Shown here: positions 1 to 7,811 of the stretch, piece by piece
How the letters are laid out: every line of letters starts with the position of its first letter
Position numbering within the stretch: the stretch's first letter is position 1
IMG/VR virus record: IMGVR_UViG_3300046795_000082
Location: 1 to 64,000 of that record
DNA length: 64,000 nucleotides
Reading direction: 5' to 3' (one strand)
Origin: a virus
Taxonomy: Duplodnaviria > Caudoviricetes
Notes under the pieces: model-generated
What the model saw: the letters and a program-made list of their open reading frames with translations, nothing else
Told to the model about the DNA's origin: nothing
Databases searched by the model: none
Translations under genes and position numbers: made by a program

Positions 1-95
1 CCTGGCGCGAGAAGCGCGAGCGGCTGCAGGCGCAGATCAGCGAGCGCATCGCCCGCGACGCCGCGGTCAAGCGCATCGTCGACTCGCTCAGCTGA
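1..95 (+). CDS. 3' end of a truncated hypothetical protein
   Basis: Open frame from nt 3 (WREKRERLQAQISERIARDAAVKRIVDSLS*) ending TGA at 93-95; GC3-rich codons. Confidence 0.6.
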   Translation, partial: WREKRERLQAQISERIARDAAVKRIVDSLS

Positions 96-147
96 ACCAC
101 ACACCCACACACGTGCCCACACAGCACAGAAGAGAGAGAGGCTTCCG

Positions 148-669
148 ATGGATGACACCCTTGTGACCGCGATCGTCAGGGCGCTGCAGCTGCTGGTGCT
201 CGACCGCCAAATCCGCGCCTTCCTGCAGGCCTACGACCCCAAGGCACTGGCGCAGGTGACCCGCGCACTCGACGCTGCCGGCCTGCAGTCGGCGCCGACT
301 GACGCCCGCGAGCTGCCGAGCATTGTCGACTGGCGTGGCCATCCTGGCGTCGACGCCGCCGGCAACCTACGCCCGTGGCCAGGCGACAAGGCGCAGCAGG
401 CGGCCCGTGAGCGCATGGAGAACACCGGCACGTGGATGTCCCCCGACATCCTGGCCATTCCACCCGACCCGCGGCTGCCGGTCAGCGACGCTGACGCCCG
501 CGAAGAGTGGGCGATCGACGCCGCCATGGCGCTGGCGGCGGCCGGCGACGCGGAGCCGGCCGTCTGCGGCCGTCCGATCGATGCGGCCATCGTCGCACCC
601 TGCGAGAAGCCGGCGGGCCACGCCGGCCCGTGCCGCGCGTTCAGCCTAGAGACCGGCAACAGCTTCTGA
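148..669 (+). CDS. hypothetical early phage protein
   Basis: 173-aa ORF preceded by a GA-rich RBS-like tract (AGAGAGAGAGG). Confidence 0.7.
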   Translation: MDDTLVTAIVRALQLLVLDRQIRAFLQAYDPKALAQVTRALDAAGLQSAPTDARELPSIVDWRGHPGVDAAGNLRPWPGDKAQQAARERMENTGTWMSPDILAIPPDPRLPVSDADAREEWAIDAAMALAAAGDAEPAVCGRPIDAAIVAPCEKPAGHAGPCRAFSLETGNSF

Positions 670-746
670 CCCCTGCCCGCCCTGGTTGGCCACACCCGGC
701 CAGGGCGGTCCCATACACACGTGTAGACACAAGAGAGAGGCCCCTG

Positions 747-1169
747 ATGGACCCCAACGCGACCCTGACAGAGATCCACGAGATCCAAGCCCGCCTCGCC
801 GCGGGGCAGAAGCACTCACGACTCCAGCGGGCCGACCACGAGCGGCTCGCCGAACTATGCGCGGCGCTCGACGCCTGGCTCACCGCGGGCGGCTTCCTGC
901 CGACCGCCTGGGCACGCCCCAAGCGCGAACTACTGGTCTGGGTGCTGACCATCACCCACGGGCATGGCAGCAGCCACACGCTGCACCGAACGAAGGCGGG
1001 CGCACGAGCTGCCCTGGCAACCTATTGCCGCCGGGGCTGGGGTTACGTCTTCGACGATGGCGACGAACCCGAGCGCGACGACGACGTGATCGCCGCCTAC
1101 TGGGCGAAGCAGGAGCAGTTCGACGACCGGGAGTACTACGAGCTGAACGAAGAGACCGTCGGCGACTAG
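747..1169 (+). CDS. hypothetical phage protein (MDPNATL... type)
   Basis: ATG at 747 follows AAGAGAGAGG; the N-terminus MDPNATL..LDAWL..GGFLP..W resembles small actinophage-type proteins. Confidence 0.7.
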   Translation: MDPNATLTEIHEIQARLAAGQKHSRLQRADHERLAELCAALDAWLTAGGFLPTAWARPKRELLVWVLTITHGHGSSHTLHRTKAGARAALATYCRRGWGYVFDDGDEPERDDDVIAAYWAKQEQFDDREYYELNEETVGD

Positions 1170-1216
1170 TCGCCCGTGCCACACACACACCTGTAGACAA
1201 GAGAGAGAGGCATCCC

Positions 1217-1495
1217 ATGGCCCTGTATCGAGGACGGATTGACGTAACGCTGCACGCCGACAACGAGGACGACGCCGCCGACAAGCTGCTGAGCCTGGCC
1301 GAGGAGCTGACCATCGACGCGAACGTCGAGGACACCGAGCTGGTTGGCGAGCCCTTTGAGGACGAGACCCCGGACGTGCCGAACGAACGCACCGTCTGGG
1401 GCTGCAACAGCTGCGGCGCCGAGGTGCTGACGCTGAGCGGCAGCTGCAGGCGCTGCCGATACGAGCGGGAGGTGGGACCGTGCCACGCCAGCTAG
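1217..1495 (+). CDS. acidic hypothetical protein with C-terminal CxxC..CxxC zinc ribbon
   Basis: ATG at 1217 after GAGAGAGAGG; motifs CNSC and CRRC. Confidence 0.65.
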   Translation: MALYRGRIDVTLHADNEDDAADKLLSLAEELTIDANVEDTELVGEPFEDETPDVPNERTVWGCNSCGAEVLTLSGSCRRCRYEREVGPCHAS

Positions 1496-1653
1496 CCGTC
1501 CGCCGGTCGAAAGGCCAGGTCGTTGTCGTCCTGAACAACATCGTCCACACCATCAGCGAGCCGGCCTTCATCGAGCTGATGCACGCCGGCCTGGGCGTGC
1601 TGGAAGCCATCACGCACCAACGCGCGCAGGCCGAGAAGGGAGAGACCACATGA
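1480..1653 (+). CDS. small hypothetical protein
   Basis: GTG start after GGAGG; hand-translated VPRQLAVRRSKGQVVVVLNN...; stop overlaps the next ATG (ATGA). Confidence 0.5.
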   Translation: MPRQLAVRRSKGQVVVVLNNIVHTISEPAFIELMHAGLGVLEAITHQRAQAEKGETT

Positions 1654-1844
1654 ACCCCCAGAACCCCCTAGACGAGTTCCTGACCTGGCTCCACGACACC
1701 ATCGAGCAGGCCGACGACGAGCACACGCGCAACAAGCAGCACAGGGCCGATGCCGTGCGGATCGCGCTCCTGCACGAGCGGCTGATCACGCTGCGTGAAG
1801 TGCGGAATGCACTGCTCCCGACGCTGCGGAAGGGCCGCCAGTGA
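1650..1844 (+). CDS. small hypothetical protein
   Basis: 64-aa ORF coupled by overlaps to both neighbours. Confidence 0.6.
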   Translation: MNPQNPLDEFLTWLHDTIEQADDEHTRNKQHRADAVRIALLHERLITLREVRNALLPTLRKGRQ

Positions 1845-2071
1845 GCGGCCGGCACGCGACCGATTACACCCGGTGTCCAGACTGCGGCCACCGGACCGTG
1901 CTCTTCTACTTCGGGAAGGGCGGCGAGGACTACTACCGCTGCGGCTACAAGGTGCGCTTCAGCGCCCGCTGCGGGTTCAGCTGCTTCGCCGAGCCGGCCG
2001 GCTGGGACAGCTCCGGCAAGGCCGACCTGGCGCGCTGGCAGGCCCAGAACCCGAAGCGCCAGGACCCCTGA
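1841..2071 (+). CDS. zinc-finger hypothetical protein
   Basis: CPDC and C..C motifs; GTGA overlap with the upstream stop. Confidence 0.6.
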   Translation: MSGRHATDYTRCPDCGHRTVLFYFGKGGEDYYRCGYKVRFSARCGFSCFAEPAGWDSSGKADLARWQAQNPKRQDP

Positions 2072-2102
2072 AAGACACCCCCACACACGTATCCACACAG
2101 CG

Positions 2103-2142
2103 TTGACAGCCGCTCAGCTGAAAGCATATGCTTCTGATATGC
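2103..2142 (+). promoter_or_regulatory. sigma70-like promoter with palindromic operator
   Basis: TTGACA (2103-2108), 18 nt, TATGCT (2127-2132); contains the perfect palindrome AAGCATATGCTT; the 22-mer AAAGCATATGCTTCTGATATGC recurs exactly at 28192-28213. Confidence 0.7.
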
Positions 2143-2177
2143 GACAGCTGGGCGACGAGCAGAGAGAGAGGGCGACC

Positions 2178-2342
2178 ATGACGATTGATTGCACGACCGG
2201 CGTCCTGGCTGACGTGTTCGCGCGGCTGGTGAAGACCTACGGCGCGGCCCGCCTGGTGCAGGCGCTGCGACTGGTCATCACCGACCCGGTGACGCGGCAG
2301 CACCTGGCGCGGATCCTGACTGACGAGCGAGCCGACCAATAA
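2178..2342 (+). CDS. small hypothetical protein
   Basis: ATG at 2178 follows AGAGAGAGAGGG; the upstream TTG start in the ORF track is the promoter -35 box. Confidence 0.55.
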   Translation: MTIDCTTGVLADVFARLVKTYGAARLVQALRLVITDPVTRQHLARILTDERADQ

Positions 2343-2371
2343 CCCCCCATCACAGAGAGAGAGACGAGACC

Positions 2372-2518
2372 ATGCCGAAGCTGCAGGCGAAGGCGATCAG
2401 CCTCGACATCACGGCCACAGCCGCCAACACGACTCTGGCGGCCGACGCCGAGATCGAACGACTGAAGGCCGCCTTCGAGGCCGCCGAGAAGGACGACAGC
2501 GACCTGGGGGACCTGTGA
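2372..2518 (+). CDS. 48-aa hypothetical protein
   Basis: Hand-translated MPKLQAKAISLDITATAAN...DLGDL*; GA-rich leader; TGATG coupling to the next gene. Confidence 0.55.
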   Translation: MPKLQAKAISLDITATAANTTLAADAEIERLKAAFEAAEKDDSDLGDL

Positions 2519-2694
2519 TGGCCGTCCGTGCGAAGCCGCTGCGGAAACCCGACTTCACCGAACGCGAGCTGCGCGCCATCCTCGACGCGCTCGCGCTGGC
2601 GCTGGCCGGCGAACTGGACAACAACGAAGACGGCGACGCCATGGAGACGGCTCGCCTGAAGATCGCACTGTATCGAGAGAAAGGACGTGTCTGA
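2518..2694 (+). CDS. 58-aa hypothetical protein
   Basis: Hand-translated MAVRAKPLRKPDFTERELRAILDAL...; TGATG overlaps at both ends. Confidence 0.55.
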   Translation: MAVRAKPLRKPDFTERELRAILDALALALAGELDNNEDGDAMETARLKIALYREKGRV

Positions 2695-2816
2695 TGGACC
2701 CCGAGCTAGCCGAGCTGTTCCAAGAGTCAGATGTGGCGCTGTTGCTGGGCGTCGCCTTCGTTATCGGGGCAGGCCTGCTCGTCGTGCTGGGCTGGTGGCA
2801 CAAAAGGAGCGCGTGA
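2694..2816 (+). CDS. 40-aa single-pass membrane protein
   Basis: MDPELAELFQESDVALLLGVAFVIGAGLLVVLGWWHKRSA*: acidic N-terminus, one hydrophobic helix, basic tail. Confidence 0.55.
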   Translation: MDPELAELFQESDVALLLGVAFVIGAGLLVVLGWWHKRSA

Positions 2817-3022
2817 CCGAGCCGCCGGTCCACATCCGCCGGGCGGACGACTCCGGCGCGACCTACTGCGGCCAGCGAGGCGAGAGCATCTCGCTGGCCT
2901 TCTGGTTCGACCACGTCGTGGCGAACCGGGACGGGTGCTGCAAGGGCATCTGGCGGCGCCTCTGTGACACGTGTGACCACCGGCTGCCCTTCCCCCCAAA
3001 AGGGACGCTTCGGGGGGGCTAG
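2813..3022 (+). CDS. Cys-rich hypothetical protein
   Basis: GTGA overlap with the upstream stop; contains CC and CDTC. Confidence 0.45.
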   Translation: MTEPPVHIRRADDSGATYCGQRGESISLAFWFDHVVANRDGCCKGIWRRLCDTCDHRLPFPPKGTLRGG

Positions 3023-3065
3023 CTCCCCTATCTATCGCGACGTAGCGTCCCCGACGGAGGTTGTT

Positions 3066-3410
3066 ATGCCCCGTCGAACCGCTGCGGCGCCCGCCGCCAA
3101 ATCCACCGTCGTCAGCGCCCCCCTGATCGTCATCCGCGCCCTGGACCCTAACTCGCTGGTCGACGTCGGCAACGGCGAGTACACCATCATCGTCGGCGCC
3201 TGCGGGCTGAAGCGGCAGGACGGCACGCCGAGCCAGGCCGGCGACGTGCTCAGCGTCCAGGAGAACGGCACGCTGCAGACGCGGCCCGCCGGCACGAGCG
3301 GCAACTTTGAACGCTGCTGCAGGACGCTGGCCGGCGCCGTCTACCGGCCGATTGGCGCAGGCGGCATCGTCGTCATCCTCCCACTGGCGCAGGACGTGCC
3401 GAACAAATGA
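3066..3410 (+). CDS. hypothetical protein with fascin/beta-trefoil-like segment
   Basis: Segment VLSVQENGTLQTRPAGTSGNFE resembles a fascin-type repeat (xLSxxxDGxxxx..xGxWE). Confidence 0.45.
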   Translation: MPRRTAAAPAAKSTVVSAPLIVIRALDPNSLVDVGNGEYTIIVGACGLKRQDGTPSQAGDVLSVQENGTLQTRPAGTSGNFERCCRTLAGAVYRPIGAGGIVVILPLAQDVPNK

Positions 3411-4582
3411 GCGCCCTGCTGACCGCCGCCGAAGCCTACGTCGTGCTCTCCGGCGCGCAGGGCGGGGCCGAGCCCGCAGGGCCCCTCGACCGGCGCACCA
3501 TGAAGGCCAGCTACTGCAGCCACCGCGACCACGAAGGCGCAGTCGTCTTCGACCCGATTTACTTTGGCCTCTACTGGGGCCGGAACGACCGCGCGCGACT
3601 CGACGCCTGCCTACGAGTGAAGCGACAGTTGGGCGCCAATGCGGTGCAGCTCTGCGTCCAGGGCGGCTACGGCGACTACATGGCTGGGGCCACCTTCGAC
3701 TACCGCGGCAACCCGGCCGAGTATGGCCGGCTCTGCACCTACGTGCGGGACGAAGGGTTCACCCCGGTCATCCTGGTCGGCACCGCGGACGGCTACACCC
3801 ACACCGCCATCTACGACGGCTCGATGGCCCGGGTCCTCGACGCGACCGCGCACCTGGCCGGCGACGCCTGGTACTGCAGCGGCTACGAGGTCGACATGGA
3901 CCGGGGCGGCGGCTACACCGCCAAGGAGACCGACGACGCGATTGCCCTGATGCGGGCCCACACGGGTGCAGACGCGTTGCTGCTCCTCTGGCTGCAGCCG
4001 AACCGCTGCACCGCGGCGAGCTACTACGGCAGCAGCAAGCACAGCAAGCCCCAGCCCTGGCGGCCCGACGTCCAGCTGCGCTGGATCGGCACCGACACCG
4101 AAGGCGCCTGGATTGAGGCCGACGACCCGTATGAGGGGGACGAGCAGGGCGCCTGGTATCGCAGCCACGGCGGCGAGATTGACGGGCTCTGGTATCAGAC
4201 CCCGCACGGGGCCGACGGCCCGAGCTACCCGAGCCCCGGCGGGCAGCCCGGCCTCGACCCTCACGGCAAGCCCCGTTACTGGGACCGCCTGATTGAAATT
4301 TGCGACCGCTTCCTGCCGCCCGGCACGCCGATGCCGGCAGCCGAGGGCTTCATCGACACGAGCAATCTCACCCACACGAGTGGCACGGCGCCGAGCCTGC
4401 ATGGGGCGCCCGACTGGTTCGCCAGTCCCCGGCCGCGCCCGCGCCCGGTCCTCTGTGTCGGGGAGACCGTCCCCTACGAGTACAGCCGCGACCAGTGCTG
4501 TGACGAGGCGGTCGTGCGCTGCAGCGTCGACCTGGTCGGCTTAGGCGTCCCGAGTCACGGCTGCTGGCAGCCGAAGGCTTAA
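3407..4582 (+). CDS. putative TIM-barrel glycoside hydrolase-like protein (candidate lysin/depolymerase)
   Basis: 391 aa with alternating beta/alpha pattern; LGANAVQL resembles the GH5-type GxNxVR strand; candidate acid/base Glu in WYCSGYE and nucleophile Glu in LCVGET. Confidence 0.45.
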   Translation: MSALLTAAEAYVVLSGAQGGAEPAGPLDRRTMKASYCSHRDHEGAVVFDPIYFGLYWGRNDRARLDACLRVKRQLGANAVQLCVQGGYGDYMAGATFDYRGNPAEYGRLCTYVRDEGFTPVILVGTADGYTHTAIYDGSMARVLDATAHLAGDAWYCSGYEVDMDRGGGYTAKETDDAIALMRAHTGADALLLLWLQPNRCTAASYYGSSKHSKPQPWRPDVQLRWIGTDTEGAWIEADDPYEGDEQGAWYRSHGGEIDGLWYQTPHGADGPSYPSPGGQPGLDPHGKPRYWDRLIEICDRFLPPGTPMPAAEGFIDTSNLTHTSGTAPSLHGAPDWFASPRPRPRPVLCVGETVPYEYSRDQCCDEAVVRCSVDLVGLGVPSHGCWQPKA

Positions 4583-4628
4583 GTTGAGCCGAGTACTTTG
4601 TACTTAGTACTTAGCAGTACCTAGAGTG

Positions 4629-4649
4629 AGTAGAGCCTTCGGCTCTACT
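4629..4649 (+). terminator. hairpin, likely terminator
   Basis: AGTAGAGCC-TTC-GGCTCTACT is a perfect 9-bp stem 46 nt after the stop at 4582; the U-tract is weak. Confidence 0.55.
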
Positions 4650-4811
4650 TGCTGGTGAGGTGTGAAGGTTGTGAAGGTTTGCGGGGCTGCGAAGAAAGCC
4701 GCAGCGGTAACGGCGTCGAGAATTGCGAGACAACGGTGTCTGACTGCCGCTGCTCCCATTTCGCTACTGGGTGAGTCCTTGCTCGCAAGTTACGACGCCC
4801 CCGCGTGTCTT

Positions 4812-5009
4812 ATGCGCTGGCTGCTGATCGTGCTGGCGGTGCTCTTCGGGGCCTGCGCGCTGCCGCTGCGCCGGACGTGCGCGGATGGCTGGCCGCTCCG
4901 CGTACTCCAAGATCCGCAGTGCCCCCGCGGCATTTGCGGGTACACCTGCGCGCCCGACCGCTGGCGCGTGGAGTCGACTGATGCACCGCACGCGGATCCT
5001 CCCCGCTGA
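4812..5009 (+). CDS. small lipoprotein (o-spanin-like or exclusion lipoprotein)
   Basis: MRWLLIVLAVLFGA-C: basic/hydrophobic signal plus lipobox; short Cys/Pro-rich mature part. Confidence 0.6.
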   Translation: MRWLLIVLAVLFGACALPLRRTCADGWPLRVLQDPQCPRGICGYTCAPDRWRVESTDAPHADPPR

Positions 5010-5475
5010 CCGCTTCTTCGCCAGGGTCGACAAGTTTGAGTGTGAGTGCCCGAGCTGCGGCCGGCTGCTCTTCTCGACCGAGCGGCCGCCGAAGGCCTCA
5101 CGGCTGCAGTCCCGCGGTCGGCAGCGTGGCGACATCCGGGAGACCCCACGTACCGCGTCGGTCTGGGACCTGGTCTGGAACCCCCTCTCCCAGCGCCTAC
5201 GTTGCCCCTGGTGCGGCATCGTCTACCTGATTGGCCTCGTGGCCTTCCCGGTGAAGCATGGCGCCAGGCGGCCTCTGAAGGCCCCTCCTGACACCATCCC
5301 CGACAAGCGCCAGCTGCTGGAGTTGCGGCGGCGGACCGGCGGGTGGTGGGCGAAGGCGCACTACGCTGAAGGGCAGGAGGTCAACCTGGTTGTGGACGAG
5401 CCCTGTATTTGCCCGCCGAACGGCTGGGCGGTCGCCTGCCCGATCCACGGGGTGGAGAGAGACCCTGACATATAG
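4981..5475 (+). CDS. multi zinc-finger hypothetical protein
   Basis: CPSC, CPWC and CIC..CPIH motifs; ATG at 4981. Confidence 0.6.
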   Translation: MHRTRILPADRFFARVDKFECECPSCGRLLFSTERPPKASRLQSRGRQRGDIRETPRTASVWDLVWNPLSQRLRCPWCGIVYLIGLVAFPVKHGARRPLKAPPDTIPDKRQLLELRRRTGGWWAKAHYAEGQEVNLVVDEPCICPPNGWAVACPIHGVERDPDI

Positions 5476-5485
5476 TACCTATATT

Positions 5486-5642
5486 GACACTCTTGGTAGG
5501 TAAGCCTAGGTGAGTCTAGTAGTTAGAAAGAGTGCCATAAGAGTGACAGTGCCAATGGATGAGTCGGAAAGAGTGACACTGACACTCTTCGTGACACTCT
5601 TTTAAATATATATATATATAAGAGTTAATGCCCAAGAGTGTC
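5486..5642. promoter_or_regulatory. putative replication origin (iterons plus AT-rich melt region)
   Basis: About 7 copies of GACACTCTT or its near-reverse complement AAGAGTG(A/T/C)C at 5486, 5528, 5539, 5569, 5581, 5593 and 5634, around a TTTTAAATATATATATATATAA tract (5600-5621); lies just past the helicase stop. Confidence 0.65.
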
Positions 5643-5671
5643 AGCCCCCCCGCCCCTCTGTCAGGAAAATC

Positions 5672-6616
5672 CTAGTGGACGACGACCCGCGCGTAGACCC
5701 CGTAGCGCTTCTTCTCGACCAGCTCTTCCTCGACGAGGGTCTGGAGCACGCGTATTACCGTGCGGCGTGAGAGCGGGATCGCCTCCGCTAGCTCGACCAA
5801 CACAGCCAGCTCCATCTCGGCCCCGTTCTCCGGCAGCAGCGCCAGCACCCGCGCGCAGTTCCCGCGGTCCGCCCCCGAGTAGGGAACGAACAGGCCCTGC
5901 TCGTCGCGTTCCAGCCGGAAGGTCTCCGGCTTGGTCATGTGCGGGTGCCAGGTGAACTCGTAATAGGGCTTCCCGATCTCCTCCGGCGCGGCCAGGTAGC
6001 ACTGCGTGTCACCGTAGGCGTGCTGGGCCGCGCTCCCGAGGATGGCGTCCTGGGGTCGAAGGTAGCGAGCCCGCTTGTCCGCCTTCATCTTGCTAGTGTG
6101 GGCCGTCGCGAGCATCGTCAGGTTACGCTCGCGGAGCATCGCGCGAATCTCGTGGCAGGCAATGGCGCAGCCGTCGTAGTCGTTTAGGTTCCCCCCGAGG
6201 AAGAGGCCGAGCGGGTCGACGAACAGCAGGCCGCCTGGGCGAAGCTTGAGCCGGTCCACCATCTCGGTCAGCCGCATCGTACGCTCGTAGCGCTTGCGGA
6301 GCGTCTTGGGGTCGAAGAAGGGGTCATCGAGCATCGAGTAGAACTTCACGCCCGGGTAGCCGACCAGCGCAAACCAGTGTGCGCCCCCGGACAGCCACCC
6401 CCGGTCGGCCGCAATGACCCCAATATCGCTGACGCGGCCAGGCTGGTGGCCGAAGATCGGCTGTTCCCGGTGGAAATGCGCGAGGATGCCGGCGACTAAG
6501 GCGGTCTTGCCGGTGCCGGCGGCACCAGCGAGGAACGAGAGACTACGGAACGGGAAGATGTGGCCGAGCGGGTCGGGGAACCGTTGACAGGCGGTGACGT
6601 TTGTGGGACTCTTCAT
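5672..6616 (-). CDS. RecA-fold AAA_25/RepA-type replicative helicase with C-terminal wHTH
   Basis: Walker A GAAGTGKT, Walker B LFVDPL, AHTSK and ILGS motifs; C-terminal helix-turn-helix LSRRTVIRVLQTLVEEELVEK. Confidence 0.8.
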   Translation of the reverse strand: MKSPTNVTACQRFPDPLGHIFPFRSLSFLAGAAGTGKTALVAGILAHFHREQPIFGHQPGRVSDIGVIAADRGWLSGGAHWFALVGYPGVKFYSMLDDPFFDPKTLRKRYERTMRLTEMVDRLKLRPGGLLFVDPLGLFLGGNLNDYDGCAIACHEIRAMLRERNLTMLATAHTSKMKADKRARYLRPQDAILGSAAQHAYGDTQCYLAAPEEIGKPYYEFTWHPHMTKPETFRLERDEQGLFVPYSGADRGNCARVLALLPENGAEMELAVLVELAEAIPLSRRTVIRVLQTLVEEELVEKKRYGVYARVVVH

Positions 6617-6844
6617 CTGACCCTCCTCATCTGGCCCTCAGTTGGGTGGCGGGGTGGTCGTCTCTCTCTCAGGGACGGGGTGCTGTGTGGGCAGCCCGTC
6701 CCGTTTTTGTGTACGAACCCGCCGCGGAAGGCGCCGTTCTACCGCACGCCCCCACCGATCGCAACCCCCGAAATGTAGGTACCCAACCAGGTTAGGCCGC
6801 TAGGCTATTTGCACGCTCTCTCACGCGTGTCCACGTGGAAAGGC

Positions 6845-6873
6845 TTGACAAGCTTTGAAGCCTTCCATACATT
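6845..6873 (+). promoter_or_regulatory. sigma70-like promoter
   Basis: TTGACA, 17 nt, TACATT, upstream of RBS GGAGG and ATG at 6900. Confidence 0.7.
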
Positions 6874-6899
6874 CGAGTGATTCCCCTCAGGAGGGACCA

Positions 6900-7202
6900 A
6901 TGCAGACCGAGTATGGACGTGACCTCCAAGACGACGAACAGCCGATCCGGGACGCGCTCCAGGCGCGGCCGGGCAAGCCCCTGAAGATTCGGCTCCAGCC
7001 CGCCGTGTTCTGGCCGGGTGTGGGACGAGGCCAATACAAAGTCTGGCGCGACGTGATCTGGACCGTGGAGTGCGACACGGCCGAGGAGGCGTTCGCGCTA
7101 CGTGACGCTCTCCGGGCGTTCTTTCAGGCCGTCGGAGTCAAGGGTCCTGTGCCTGTCCGAGCGCTACTCCGAGGGGAGCGGAAGGAGGAGGCTATCGCAT
7201 GA
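6900..7202 (+). CDS. hypothetical protein
   Basis: ATG at 6900 with RBS GGAGGG; ATGA overlap with the next gene. Confidence 0.65.
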   Translation: MQTEYGRDLQDDEQPIRDALQARPGKPLKIRLQPAVFWPGVGRGQYKVWRDVIWTVECDTAEEAFALRDALRAFFQAVGVKGPVPVRALLRGERKEEAIA

Positions 7203-7639
7203 ACTTGTCTACACGCGTGCTAGGGACTCACGCCGTCCACCACCTGGAAGAACTGACCGAGGAGGCAGTGCTGATCGTTGGCAAGGACCGGCTGACCAGA
7301 CACGACCTGGCGGCGGTGGGCTGCTATAACTTCCCGGCCGCCCGCCGCCTCAGCGCCGCGGTCGCCAAGCAGCTCAGTGTGCGGAGTCTCAAGCAGCTCT
7401 TCGACGAGATCGCCCCGACCGACCTGGCCCTGCCAGGGCTGGGGGTGATTAGCCTCGCCGTCCTGGGGGCCGCCTGGGAGCACAGGGGCATCGGCGGCGA
7501 GGCGCCGCTGGAGAGCTACGTGAAGAACCACCGCGCCCAGGACGAGAAGCGGGAGCTGCTCACCTTCGACAGCATCAAGCGGCGCGAGCACGACCGGCTG
7601 GCAGTAGCGACCAAGACCAAGCGGAGGCGCCGAGCCTGA
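7199..7639 (+). CDS. hypothetical protein with RNAP alpha-CTD-like HhH segment
   Basis: ...IAPTDLALPGLGVISL aligns by eye with alpha-CTD xTExELLKxPNLGxKSL; basic C-terminus. Confidence 0.45.
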   Translation: MNLSTRVLGTHAVHHLEELTEEAVLIVGKDRLTRHDLAAVGCYNFPAARRLSAAVAKQLSVRSLKQLFDEIAPTDLALPGLGVISLAVLGAAWEHRGIGGEAPLESYVKNHRAQDEKRELLTFDSIKRREHDRLAVATKTKRRRRA

Positions 7640-7811
7640 TGACGATTGCTACTACGTCCTCGTCGTCGCGACGCATCTCGCCGCCGGATTCCTGGGCTAT
7701 CTGGTCGGCCTGCAACGAGGCTTCTGGGCCGGTACCCGCGCTGCTGCAAGTCTTCACGACGAGGACCCAAAGGTGGATTGACCCACACACGTGTCACAGA
7801 GGGAGACGACG

